Part shown: piece by piece, positions 1 through 12,240 of the stretch
How positions within the stretch are numbered: position 1 is the stretch's first letter
Layout: every line of letters begins with the position of its first letter
From: Octopus bimaculoides
Lineage: Eukaryota
NCBI RefSeq assembly: GCF_001194135.2
Contig: NC_068990.1
Location: 8,193,283-8,257,214, forward strand
Length of the DNA: 63,932 nt
Direction of reading: 5' to 3'
The notes under the pieces: model-generated
Told to the model about the DNA's origin: nothing
The model's input: the letters and a program-made list of their open reading frames with translations, nothing else
The model's database searches: none
Position numbers and translations under genes: made by a program

Positions 1-53
<53 letters not shown>

Positions 54-284
54 TATTCACATATGCATATGCATACATACATGTATATACGTGTGTTTGT
101 GTATGTCCATCTACATACTACTTTAAGCAAATACAGCCAAGTAATTTTCATGCGGCTGATCCCGAAAAATCTGTCTCCATTTAGCTTCGGCAGATCTTCA
201 GATATACGATGTTTGTACATTCCATTAGCATTGAAACACCTAGGTGTCTTCGAACTCTGTTAGGTTCCTGAATTTCAGGTAAAT

Positions 285-420
285 TTATCAACATTATTTA
301 CATTATTTACATTTGACGGATATTTGTCCTCATCTTGTTTGTTGTTAACACAACGTTTCGTCTGATATACCATCCAGCTTTCATCAGGGGTCTTGGGGAA
401 ATTTCAAACATGGATTCTCA
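285..420 (-). mobile_element. 5'-truncated copy of the hammerhead-carrying tRNA-headed element (same family as 29386-29646)
   Basis: About 120 bp of clear similarity to 29386-29505, including an identical stretch tcctcatcttgtttgttgttaacacaacgtttcg. Sense tail CAAATATCC-GTC-AAA-(TGTAAATAA)2. Confidence 0.85.
347..392 (-). ncRNA. Minimal type I hammerhead ribozyme motif (intact core, mutated stems)
   Basis: Sense GACCC CUGAUGA A AGCUG gaugguauau CAGAC GAAA C GUU GUGUU. The CUGAUGA and GAAA cores are intact; stem II has 2 mismatches and stem I has 1. Confidence 0.7.
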
Positions 421-724
421 GCTTCTACTTGATCGGAAACCAAGCTGGATGACAGTCAGCCAGTCACTCTCTTCCGCGAACGCTATTAATTTCCTTCGAA
501 CTATTCGTTCGTTGATTTTGTTTATGTGTGAGGTCAGAGAGATAGGCCTATAATTTCTAGCATCTGCTCTGCTTCCTCCTTTGTGAACAAATCATATTAT
601 TCCCTTCTTCAGTTTATTTGGGAGCTTGCCATCTGCCAGGAACCTTTGAAAAAGAAGCTGCTGTGGTTCTGCTAGGACTCCTTTACAAGATTTGAGAAGG
701 ATTGCTGAGAATTGGGACCAGCAG

Positions 725-725
<1 letters not shown>
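421..725 (-). mobile_element. Non-LTR retrotransposon RT fragment (CR1/L2-group), pseudogenised
   Basis: Translates to ...GKLPNKLKKGII*FVHKGGSRADARNYRPISLTSHINKINERIVRRKLIAFAEESDWLTVIQLGFRSSRS, containing the NYRPISLTS and QxGFR motifs of LINE RT, with one in-frame stop. Confidence 0.9.
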
Positions 726-770
<45 letters not shown>

Positions 771-2162
771 ACACACATATATGTAGATGTATATCCATAC
801 ATATATGAATATGCATGTGCAATTGTGCGCGCGTGTGAGCGTGTCTGTCTGTGTTTGTCTCTAAGTAGCCTACGAATGCTAGTTTATCTTCTGCGAGGAG
901 ACGATAATAGCGGAATAGATTTGTAAATAGATTCAACGTTGCTATTCTCTTTTCTGACATCATTTCTATATTCAAATTTAGTGTTTTAAAATAAATTACT
1001 AGAGCATTATGTATAATTTAGTGTTTCATATATCCTGAATAATGCAGTGTTCTAAACAAATATACTTTTCTCACTTTAATATATGTTACTCAGATCGTCT
1101 ACTGATACCATATCTTAATAACCGACTGCAACATAAAACGATTTAAATTTAAAGTTATGTAGTATTCTTTATTGTATGCAACACACTTATATATCGTACT
1201 AGGATTCAAGTCATTTCTAATCTTTTACCTGGTGGGTATACCGGTGTGGTACATCGAGATTTCATTCTAGATTATATGTGTTTACAACGTTGAAAATCAA
1301 TACATCGTATACATTTGAATATACTTTATTAAAAGCTATGGATCCACATGCCCATACATTTAAATGCTCATTAAGATTATTTAAAATATTTAATATGCTT
1401 AAATAAACATAAGTCTCTATTTAACGCATCAATTATTATCTGAAATGCGAAAGGTCATTGTAATTAATGTGTAGAATTTATTCTAGCTTACAACCACTAC
1501 TTGGCAATTATCGTTGATAATTATGCATCGGAGTTCCTGCACAAGCGATTGTCGTGTCAAGTAAACAGTGATATATATATATATATATATATATATANNN
1601 NNNNNNNNNNNNNNNNNNNNNNNNNNNNNNNNNNNNNNNNNNNNNNNNNNNNNNNNNNNNNNNNNNNNNNNNNNNNNNNNNNNNNNNNNNNNNNNNNNNN
1701 NNNNNNNNNNNNNNNNNNNNNNNNNNNNNNNNNNNNNNNNNNNNNNNNNNNNNNNNNNNNNNNNNNNNNNNNNNNNNNNNNNNNNNNNNNNNNNNNNNNN
1801 NNNNNNNNNNNNNNNNNNNNNNNNNNNNNNNNNNNNNNNNNNNNNNNNNNNNNNNNNNNNNNNTATGTATGTATATGTATATATATACACAAATAATATA
1901 TGAGTATATGCATATATACGTACATACATATATATGCATGCATATATGTATGCATGTATGTATGTATTACTGTGAGAACCATTTATATATGTAGCATGTT
2001 TGTAAGCGTAAAAAATATTTCTGAAAGACTGTATCAAAGGAATAATTTGTACAGCTGCAGATAGTGGTGGTGGTGGTGGTGGTTGGATGGAGTCTTGAAT
2101 GACATACTTCCGAATCTATTTTGAGAAGTTACTTTGGCTGGGATCTTGTTTAGTTTGAATGC

Positions 2163-2197
<35 letters not shown>

Positions 2198-2297
2198 TAT
2201 AATTTGCGTTTTGAGCTTGCAACAGCTTCCTTTTTAAATCTAACACCTGATCCTTCTGTAAAGAATAGAATATTTCCCTATTTAATTCTGATATATT

Positions 2298-2356
<59 letters not shown>

Positions 2357-2518
2357 GCTACTGCTGCTGCTGCTGTTGCTGCCACTGCCACTACTACTAC
2401 TACTACTACTACCACCAATGATGATGATGATGATGATGACGACGACGACGATGATGATGGTGATGATGATGAGCAGGAGGAGGAGGAGAAGGAGGAGGGA
2501 TAATAACTACAATAACAA
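2298..2518. repeat. Compound trinucleotide microsatellite (CTA)n-(CTG)n-(CTA)n-(GAT/GAC)n-(GAG)n
   Basis: Directly visible; explains the poly-T/A/D/E ORFs. Confidence 0.95.
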
Positions 2519-3519
2519 TCTGACGTTGAGCAGCAGATTGAACCCTTTGTTGTTTCTGCTAGAAATAGCAAACAAAAAACCTAGTGAAAATGTGATACAA
2601 CCAACAGAATTTAACAAACAAGATGGAAAGCAGAAAGTGTACTACGACACTTACATATGAATATATGATTTTTGAGTATATATGTCTCCTGAATTCTTTA
2701 CTCCATTCATACGATTGTGTAATCCCGTTGTTTAGCTGTAATTCCTGCAACATATAACTACGTATACATACACATCTACATAGACGTAAACGTGCTTAGC
2801 TATACTCCAATAAGAAATAATATTTAATAATACGCAATATTTAAATATTATCGGAGGACAACGCTATTAGCCATTTCTCAGTAGGAGATGTGGTCTCTAT
2901 ACCGATTCGACCTTCAGCTGTTCATAGCCATAAGTATGTGTAAATAATGTTTCGGGTAGTGTCTCTCGAATTTCTTGTAAAAGATAACGGGATTTTTTCC
3001 TGCCAGTGTCTATTTGAAGCTCTAATGTAAAGTTGTAGAGACTATAAGCTTTGTACTTTGTGGACACTCTTTTTTGTTCTTGTATTACTTTTAAACAATC
3101 GTACACCCTCTATCTCGTGTATGAAAGTGGAGGAAGACATATATCTATATTCAAGATATTTATTTGTCACAGGTGACTATAGACAACTGATTGCACTAGT
3201 ATGCGAAATGTTTAAAAACTAGCAGATAAGTCACAGAGCTTTCTTAGAAAATAAAATGCTTAATAACATCACTTGATCGTGGCAACTACTCCTTTTTGGG
3301 TCACTACAGTAAGATTCCTCTCTACCCGAGATTTATCTTATTGATGCTAATTACTCTCGCTTATTTGTTTTCAAATTGCAGTTCCCATCGTTAATTTTGT
3401 TGTTGAAGATGTTTCGGTTGTTTTTGTATTTCGCCGTGGTTGTTGTTGGTTCGCCTCTTCACTTTCTCATGGATTTCCAAACCGTGCATGACCATTCACA
3501 GGTTTACATCAATTATCTA

Positions 3520-4990
3520 CACTGAAACGCAGAGACATGTGTGACTGTGAAACCTGTCTCAATTTCTTGGACGCACTTTGACCACAGACTGTGTGTCGTT
3601 GTCATGTGTATTCTGGTAATGTACGGATCCAGCACATCGAGATCGTTGGGCGTGACATGATTAACACCCTCTCTAGGTGTTCAAAACAATCATACACCGT
3701 CGGTACATGGAGTGCTTGAGTCGGTTTACAAAACCCATTGGCACCTGTACCCAGACCCTGAGGAAAGCTACCTCCAGTTCCACAAGAGTTGTCGGCCTTG
3801 GCACCACCTGGTTCAGCCGTCTCTGCATTTCATCCCACAGACGTTCAATTGGGATAAAATCCGGGTTGAGAACTGGCCACGGCATGGTTCTGATTTTGTG
3901 CTGATGCAGGAAGTCCATGGTGACCTTGGCCGTGAGAGAGAGAGAGAGAGAGAGAGCATTGCCTTGCTGGAACACGTGGCTATGGTGACGGGCGAAGAAG
4001 AGCAAGTTGTGAGTTTCTTAGGTTATGGTCAACGTAGCACTGCGCTGTGATGCCGTTCCCTCTGCCTGCACTAACATTTTGGAACACATGGTGGCCAGTT
4101 CTCTGATTCAGGCCTATAGCATCCCAAGCCATGAGGCTTTGGCCCAAGTGTCTCTGTCTATGACACATGCATCTCTGTAGCGTTCACCCCTCCTACGACA
4201 CTCCGTCACTCTGTTATCTCCGGTGGAAACGCAGTACCGTCTCCCGTCAGAGAAGATTATCGACCTCCATTGTTAATGCCGCCAATGTCGCTGCTCTCTA
4301 GCCTACTGTAGTCATGCCTGATGGTAGCGGGTGGTGAGGAAAGGCCCTTGAGCAGGACGGCGGCAACTCAGGTTGTTGGCGGCCATTCAACCGTATCGTC
4401 TCTGATAGGTCGCTGTCCAGTGCGAATGGTTTCGCGAGCTGCCACACTGACCGGTCTGAAGCGGTCACGAAGGTGTTGCAGTTGGAGGAAGCGGTTCTGC
4501 CTGGGTGTGGTCACTCGGGGGCGCCTTCTGCAAGCATGTCTGCACTGCTGTTGATGTTGTTGTATCGCTGTTGCAGGCAATAGATGGCGCTGACATGGAC
4601 ACTGTAAGCTTTCGTAACAACAGGGCACGCTGCTCTGCTTGCAATCGGACGATAGCTTGTTCTCTCTGCGCTGCTGACAATAGGATCATACCTGATGCGT
4701 CCAAATAACGAACGCCAGGAACGCGGTTGAAGATGGTTTTTATACTCATAACCTCCACGAGATGCACATCCATTTCGGTTTTTTTCATGACGACTGTTCG
4801 CGACTGCACCCACGGCATTCATTTGGCGTCTCGGTTCAGAGAAAGTTGAAAGGTTACCTGTAATTTGGGTCTCAACCATAAACCATCATGTCGTTGAATA
4901 TTTACACTTATATCTTCGAAATAAATTTTCAGAATTCACTATATAAAAATAACGTTTGAAAAAAAAACGCGTTTCGTTTGCGGTTCAGTG
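3520..4990 (-). mobile_element. Tc1-like (DD34E) DNA transposon, near full length, degenerate transposase
   Basis: Imperfect TIRs CACTGAAACGCAGA (3520) and CACTGAACCGCAAA (rc, ending 4990), each flanked by TA. Minus-strand motifs: LSAAQREQAI, RPRVTTPRQNRFL (HTH), WRSIIFSD (D1), FQQGNA (D2 mutated) and WPVLNPDFIPIE (E). Frameshifts and stops present. Confidence 0.92.
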
Positions 4991-5059
4991 TACACTTACA
5001 TATATTACTTCTGCTGATATCAGCTAATTCTTGACTGGTACGATATCTTATCAACTCTG

Positions 5060-5830
5060 ATAGTATTTAGTACCAGTGATATTGTGTTGTCAGGACATTT
5101 TTGCCGGATACGAAAGTATTTTGATATGCTGAATCCAAAAACAGATACACTTCTTAACATCACGTCTATAGTTCAAGATTCCCAACCCACACTCCATCAT
5201 TGGGCGATATGCGTGAACTTTTACATTGTCAATTTTCTCCTGGGGCAACGAAGTAAATACATCTAATATCTATGCTTTTTATGTGTATGTGAAAGCATTG
5301 CCAAGGGTGGCCAAAAATCCGAATGCAACAAACATTAATTCCAGAATCTTTTAATGTGGCTGAAGTGACTTTAGTTCATGTGAGAAAAAAATCATCCTAT
5401 CACGACCTCATATCAAACTAGGCTCTATGAAATATTAAGTTAAATCTCTGAAAGAAGATGGACCATGTTTTCACTATGTCTGCAGCAGATTACCCAGTTT
5501 GGGCAATGATAAAATAAAAGCTGGAGTATTTTATCGGCCTCACATTAGAAAATTGACGAAACACGGAAAGTAATGAGCAGCATTGAATTCATTTGTAATA
5601 ATTATGAATAATTTCTGGGCAACAAGAAAGCAGCACACTATGAAGAAATAATCAACAGCATGCTGGAGGACGTTTAAAATTTTGGAGCAAATATGACCAT
5701 GAAACTGAATTGCTTGATAATTTCCATCAAAGTCTTGCTAACACCACTGATGAACAAACAGAAACTGTTTTATAGAAAACACTATGAAAGTCTATGGATC
5801 TATTATCTTAAATTATAGACGTAATGGTAA
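5060..5830 (+). mobile_element. Degenerate DNA transposase, Chapaev (CMC)-like
   Basis: Fragments HWAICVNFYIVNFLLGQRSKYI*YLCFLC, PHIKLGSMKY*VKSL, KIKAGVFYRPHIRKL, FLGNKKAAHYEEII and DEQ match the W-ICGDLKV / PLHIKLGLMK / GIFxGPQIR / NFLGN / SDEQGERFHQ motif series I associate with Chapaev3-type transposases. The family name is from recall. Confidence 0.75.
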
Positions 5831-6461
5831 TACATGGAGGTCATATTCATATTCAGTGTTTCAAACAGCTCCTACTTCAGATCCAAAGTTTTTAACAACA
5901 GCCAAAAATTTTTTTTTGGTTTGTTATGATTTGAGTAATTTGACTGTCTTATGTTGGGAGTGATACAGGATCGGCTGTCAATGCTGTAAGAATGTCTTTT
6001 ATTGTTATATCTGTGTTGAATTACGTACAATGTGCAGTATTGGCTGTGTTATTTGATTTAATACAGATACGGATTCTGTAGCGTCTATTTTGTGCGTTGT
6101 GCAAAATCTGCACGCTGTTCTGTTGTACTATTCTGAAATAAAATTACTTGCGTAGGATAAAGATAGTACCTACCAAAATAATTCTGTGGGCTACTCGTTT
6201 GGTAGAGAGCCAAATAATATTTACATTATTCTCTTTCTGTAAATGTTATTTGGTATAATATCTATTGCAACTACTGTGACTGTGTCCAATTTCCTTCTTT
6301 ACACTTTCCTACCGTGCATTCAAATTATTTTGATTTCAAGATTCTTCGTTTGATATAAACAAGGCGTCTTCAGGGCGACGATTTCTTCTGTAGAGATCGA
6401 GATGCGTATAAGATTAGTAAGTTTTGTATTTCTGTCACACACACACACACACACAAACACA

Positions 6462-6501
<40 letters not shown>

Positions 6502-7341
6502 TATATACAGTATATATGTATAAATATATATATATATATGTATATATATNNNNNNNNNNNNNNNNNNNNNNNNNNNNNNNNNNNNNNNNNNNNNNNNNNN
6601 NNNNNNNNNNNNNNNNNNNNNNNNNNNNNNNNNNNNNNNNNNNNNNNNNNNNNNNNNNNNNNNNNNNNNNNNNNNNNNNNNNNNNNNNNNNNNNNNNNNN
6701 NNNNNNNNNNNNNNNNNNNNNNNNNNNNNNNNNNNNNNNNNNNNNNNNNNNNNNNNNNNNNNNNNNNNNNNNNNNNNNNNNNNNNNNNNNNNNNNNNNNN
6801 NNNNNNNNNNNNNNNNNNNNNNNNNNNNNNNNNNNNNNNNNNNNNNNNNNNNNNNNNNNNNNNNNNNNNNNNNNNNNNNNNNNNNNNNNNNNNNNNNNNN
6901 NNNNNNNNNNNNNNNNNNNNNNNNNNNNNNNNNNNNNNNNNNNNNNNNNNNNNNNNNNNNNNNNNNNNNNNNNNNNNNNNNNNNNNNNNNNNNNNNNNNN
7001 NNNNNNNNNNNNNNNNNNNNNNNNNNNNNNNNNNNNNNNNNNNNNNNNNNNNNNNNNNNNNNNNNNNNNNNNNNNNNNNNNNNNNNNNNNNNNNNNNNNN
7101 NNNNNNNNNNNNNNNNNNNNNNNNNNNNNNNNNNNNNNNNNNNNNNNNNNNNNNNNNNNNNNNNNNNNNNNNNNNNNNNNNNNNNNNNNNNNNNNNNNNN
7201 NNNNNNNNNNNNNNNNNNNNNNNNNNNNNNNNNNNNNNNNNNNNNNNNNNNNNNNNCTACAGATCAGCGACAAGAAAGCCAGAGCAAACCATCGATGATC
7301 TTGTCACTATGTAAAAGCATGTTGCTGTCATTTGTCGTCTA

Positions 7342-7382
<41 letters not shown>

Positions 7383-7856
7383 GAATTAATACGTTTCCCG
7401 TGCACTCTTCGGTGTATAACTAAATTCTTGCCGCTCCCAATTTGATCCTGCCGGATGTTATTCGGAGACTTTCGTAGGACTGGGCAGCTAAAAATACTGT
7501 GTTCAATTATCTGTTTCTATTGATTACATAATCTTCCTCTTTTGGTTACCATTGTTATTTTATGCAACAAAGCTTTCATCCATTTTTTTTTTTGTTTCTG
7601 GTGAAAATGCTTTGAACTTGTGTTGTCCTTTACTCAAGTTTTGTTCACTTTTGTCATGTATCAGTAACTTCATTTTCTATCGATAGAAATAAATATATAA
7701 TGGAAAACATGTGCACAGGTCTTCAGGCTAAACAACGACAACACTTTTAGAGTTTCTTAGAAATGCTCAAACTTAGAAGTGCTGAAAGTGAAGCTCTAAC
7801 AATACTGTATAGAACGTCCTTGTTTTCTTCCCTGGAGCATTTTTGACTTGTTTCAG

Positions 7857-8084
7857 GTATACCAGATGAAAATGGTGTGCATAGTGGTCAAGTCGTTGGA
7901 AATCACTTATTAATGGGAACATACATACCTGTATTTTGCGAAGTGAAAAGACCATCACCAACATCTTTGATCCTAGATTGGTTTGACTCTGAGGGACTCA
8001 ATCCATTTATTTTTAATTCTGAATCAAATTTGATTCGGTTTCCAGCTTCTATATTAGGTATTTCCGATATATTTGCGCGTTGTC
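7857..8084. other. Coding-like segment; candidate exon, strand unresolved
   Basis: Plus option 7857-8057: tttttgacttgtttcag|G ... AG|gtattt, 201 bp, phase 1/1. Minus option 8084-7929: tataag|G ... CAG|gtatgt, 156 bp, phase 1/1. No family recognised with confidence. Confidence 0.3.
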
Positions 8085-8193
8085 CTTATAACCAAGGGAG
8101 TCCTTTTTAGGGATCTGTGAGGCAAGGAAGCACATCCCAGTTTTCACGATTATTATTATTAACATTATTATTGAGTGAGAAAAGAGTGCATGC

Positions 8194-8256
<63 letters not shown>

Positions 8257-8277
8257 CATTGTTGTTGNNNNNNNNNN

Positions 8278-8312
<35 letters not shown>

Positions 8313-8389
8313 ATTATTATTATTATTATTATTTTTATCATTGTTATTACTATTATTAATATTGAATGAAAGAGCAGCGCATGCGATCA

Positions 8390-8880
8390 AAGTGACACTA
8401 GGGTAAAATATACGTAACCCATTATACCCATCATGAATAACTGTCTGATAAGGGTACACCAGGCATACAACCATGTGTGCGAAATAAGTGATCTCATATC
8501 GTGATAAACAGCACATGACCTTGCAGGTGAGGCCCAGTTAGAATTTTCTTCAGTTTCAGTAGTCGATCCTGCTCAAATGGTCTCTGAATATGATTTGTTT
8601 AAGGACGAGGAACAAAACACCCATGTTTTCAAAGGTGAATTGTACAAACCACAAAGAATTCCTCTCAACACGTGGCTATGATGCTCCCCTACTACTTCTG
8701 CTCACGATCAGAGATGCTCATATCGTCAGCCACTAAGGGACATGCTCATCTGGCGAAGGTCAAGCCACTGACAAGCTAATCTGTGGTATTGAGCAGAATA
8801 TATGCTGTAGACCATCTTTTATACCAAGACAAAGCAATGTTCATGATAACACTTCTAATCAGTCAAGATCAGAAGCCGTT
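8390..8880 (+). mobile_element. Dispersed retroelement 3' region (same family as 51775-52190)
   Basis: About 380 bp aligns to the reverse complement of 51775-52190 (e.g. tatcgtcagccactaa, atctgtggtattgagcagaata, catcttttataccaagacaaa). Confidence 0.8.
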
Positions 8881-8884
8881 TCAT

Positions 8885-9775
8885 TTAAGGTATCTTATGT
8901 TTTCTGCCACTCCATACATTTCCATAGTTGCCATAGTTCTTGTTTCGGTTTGACATTGTATGCCTTACAATAATCAATGCATGTGATGCTCAGATTTATG
9001 TGCCGTCTCTTGCAGAGGTTGCAATGATTAGTTTATAAATTAACAGTTGATATTTTGTTCCCATAGTCGTCGGTAGGCCCCCTTTCGGTTCAATAAATTA
9101 CTTTTATATAAGAACCCATACAGTTAACCGGCCAAAACAACTGACACTATTTTGCACACAATAGCAGTAGACACGTTCTTGGTCGAAAGTTGGAACAATA
9201 TTACTCTTTTCATGATCCTTGGTTTATAGTAATATCTTTCCCTTTGACATCCACATGGGTACTGAACATTGCTGCGTGCTGTAGGGCTTATACTTTCATG
9301 GTGTCCTTTCAGATTGTTCATCCAATAACCTTGGACATCGTCCGGCACAGTTCCTTTCCAATTCGGGGTTTTATCATTTTTTGTATTTATTTTTGTTGTC
9401 TTGACCTTGTACATTACTTGAAATATTTAGAATTTCAATCAATTTATCGTTATGCTTTGCAGGTTGATCCAAGCCTCATCCCCAGAATACCATGCTTTTG
9501 TCTGCATCAGGTATCAATGTTAGGTGTTATTGCAAATCTAGTTCCTCAAACAGTCTTTTTCCGATTGCCTTCAAACATTCTGTTCTGCCTGAATTGTTTT
9601 GTTCTATTGCCATATCTTTCCAATTTTGCCCTGGTTGCAACTACTCTTTGTTTCGTTTCTTCCGATATCACATCGCACCCTTTATCTTTTAATCTATGTT
9701 ATTTCAAATCTTATTCTTATGCTTTCGCTTTGCAATTCCTCCTCCCCTTCCTCTTATTTTTCATCATCATCATCA
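8885..9775 (-). mobile_element. R4/Dong-clade non-LTR retrotransposon fragment (pre-RT and RT N-half)
   Basis: EETKQRVVATRAKLERYGNRTKQFRQNRMF; PNWKGTVPDDVQGYWM (WKAPGPD motif); FRPRTCL; KYQLLIYK; NLSITCIDYCKAYN; MYGVAENI. Multiple frameshifts. Confidence 0.85.
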
Positions 9776-9853
9776 TCCATCTTCTTCTTCTTCTTCTTCT
9801 TCTTCTTCTTCTTCTTCTTCTTCTTCTTCTTCTTCTNNNNNNNNNNCTTCTTC

Positions 9854-9886
<33 letters not shown>

Positions 9887-9950
9887 GTAGTAGTAGTAGT
9901 AGTGGCAGCAGCAGCAGCAGCAGTAGTACTAGTAGTAATAGTAGTAGTAA
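9768..9950. repeat. Compound (CAT)n-(CTT)n-gap-(ATT)n-(AGT)n-(AGC)n microsatellite
   Basis: Directly visible. Confidence 0.95.
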
Positions 9951-11074
9951 TTTATTTTTCTACAAGAGTGTTGCTAGCGTAGAAATTACGGAAGCAAGTG
10001 AAATTGATTATTAGTTCCATGATTAATTGTAAATAATTCAAAACTTCCAATTTACTGTTCTTTATTTTTAGATCGATAATGAATATGCAGTTCTTGTTGA
10101 AGCGATCGATATATTCCTCTTTAAAAGAAGTCGATAATATATTAATATGTATTCTGTTGCAGTTTGAGAAAAGTGAGGCTTGGGAGGATAAATACCATTT
10201 CTATATTTCGATTAACCAAGTAGGAAATATTCCTCCTTCATACTATTACTTTTACGTTCCGACTAGAAATTTATTAGTGATTCATTGTCCACGACAATTC
10301 TATGCCTCACAGATGGAAGTTCAAAATAAATTATATCATGCTTTCTGGAAATCGATAAAAAGTTATGTAAGAAATCTCTTGTTGCGACATCTTGTGAAAA
10401 ATAAAATTCATTCTCCCTAGCACGTATTCTAAACTGTGAACTCTAACAGCGATTAAAGAACATGATGTCACTTTATATTTTAACATCAATTACGATTTGC
10501 ATTTGTTCACTGTGCTAAACATCAATCAAGTTTCAACATAGTGAAATTTAAAACTAATTTAAAAGCAACCGATTTTTATGTTAATCTTTTGATATAGTGT
10601 AATATATCATGTACGTTGTCGTTCTATTGAATGCAATTATTGCATTATATATTTATGATAAAATACTAAACAATGATATTAAATATTGATTTCTTTCGAG
10701 AAGTACCAAAGTCGATTAATTTTTGCAAAATGCATTGCTGTGTAGTTTATTGAATAGACGCATTATATTACGGTTACTTATTTCATCGAGCGTCTAGAAT
10801 TCTGTTTGTAGAAATACGAGCTAAACTTCATAAGGCATTTAAACATACACTTTAATACGTTTGGTAAACTAACCATTTGTACATGATACTCCAGGAAGAA
10901 TAACGATTTCCTGCGGAGGGTAAATCTAGATGAACAACACATTAAGTAGTTGTGATGCTCATTCATTTTCAAATTTTGTTATTGATACGAACTAAGAAAT
11001 GTAAGAATTTAAAATAAGGTGGCTTCTTTGAAAACATCCTGTCGAAAATTATAACAGAGAGCCGGGAGACATGC

Positions 11075-12240
11075 TTCGTACATGTCTAGGATGACTGAGA
11101 TATTGCGACTCATTGGCACGCACTCAACGCTATTCCTCTTGAGGGATTGCTTTGCCTTGCCTAAGATCCTTCTCTCCCTACGCAGAACACTATGGCACTC
11201 TTTCATAGATCGCCTCCATAATATTGATAACACTATCCGCTGCTTTGCTGATTTGATCTGTAATTTTAAATTCGGTGGTCTTGAACTCCATTCTGCATTG
11301 GAACTGGTCCTGCTTGCCTATTTATCTTCAATCTCTTCCAACCGCACCATCGTCGGGATGACCAACCCAGCTGTGACCCGGAGGCTGGAGTCAGCTGTAG
11401 CCGATTGGATTGTTGAAGGTCTTGCTGTCCCCCATAATACAAGTGTCCAACATAACTGGGATGATATCAAATGCAAATATGCCTTCGGGCTGGTTGAGAC
11501 ATCTTTAGACCAGTGCTGCCTCAAATGTCTCCGTTCTGCTTCGCAGTTAAACAGCGGCGCGTGTCTTAGTTCGGTGCTGTCTCATCAACCGGTACCCTTC
11601 TTGATGCTGACTGCACTCTTATTGGAGTGGCCCAACACCTGGGTCCCGGCGAGTGTGAGACGCACAAATGTCATTGTGGAGCGGTATTCGATGAATCCGT
11701 TCTGCAGTCATTATCCGCTAGCCATATCGAGGGCCAGCTGAATTATTTTATTAGAAAAGTGCTCAATGCGGCTGGGTTCCCGTCACAACTGGAGCCAATA
11801 GATCTTGACCTACTGGCTCCAGTTGTAGAATGGTAAACACGCTTTCCATACGTGGGAGGAAGATCTCTGACCTGGGACGCAACGTGCTGCCATAAATACT
11901 CGGGGTTCAACCTTGCTACATCGGCTGCACACCCGGATAGCGCTGTCTGTAACACAGAGGAGAGGAAGATAAAGAAATAGAGGAGCCTGATCGACTACTA
12001 TCAGTTTGTACCGGTCGCCATCCAGACCTGAGGTGCTCTTGGGCACTACGTTGCTGATTTCCTCCGTAATACAGGTATAACAGCTGTCCTCCTAGGAAAT
12101 GAGGGCCGCGAGATGGGGGTGGTGCTTCATCGAGTATCGATGACTATTCCATTCTCTGCGGCATTACCTCTGGTATCACGGTTGCGAGACACGGCAAAAC
12201 ATGCCATTTGCTCCGGGGTGTACAATCTGCTACACCCCAT
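11075..12240 (+). mobile_element. CRE-clade (restriction-like endonuclease) non-LTR retrotransposon 3' fragment, degenerate
   Basis: LFLLRDCFALPKIL, GGLELHSA, QHNWD, SGACL, HKCHCG (knuckle), LNYFIRKVLNAAGFPSQLEP, GRSLTWDATC, EERKIKK*, FVPVAIQT*G. This is the post-RT, zinc-knuckle and RLE motif order typical of CRE elements. Confidence 0.85.

Noticed and set aside
2159-2660. ORFs with poly-T/A/D/E, poly-L and poly-S runs
   Set aside because: They are translations of trinucleotide microsatellites, open in several frames on both strands.
2850-3030. FSVGDVVSIPIRP, resembling integrase C-terminal motifs
   Set aside because: A single short motif with no supporting neighbours.
9190-10014. 274-aa hydrophobic plus-strand ORF
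   Set aside because: It is the antisense of the R4/Dong fragment plus microsatellite.
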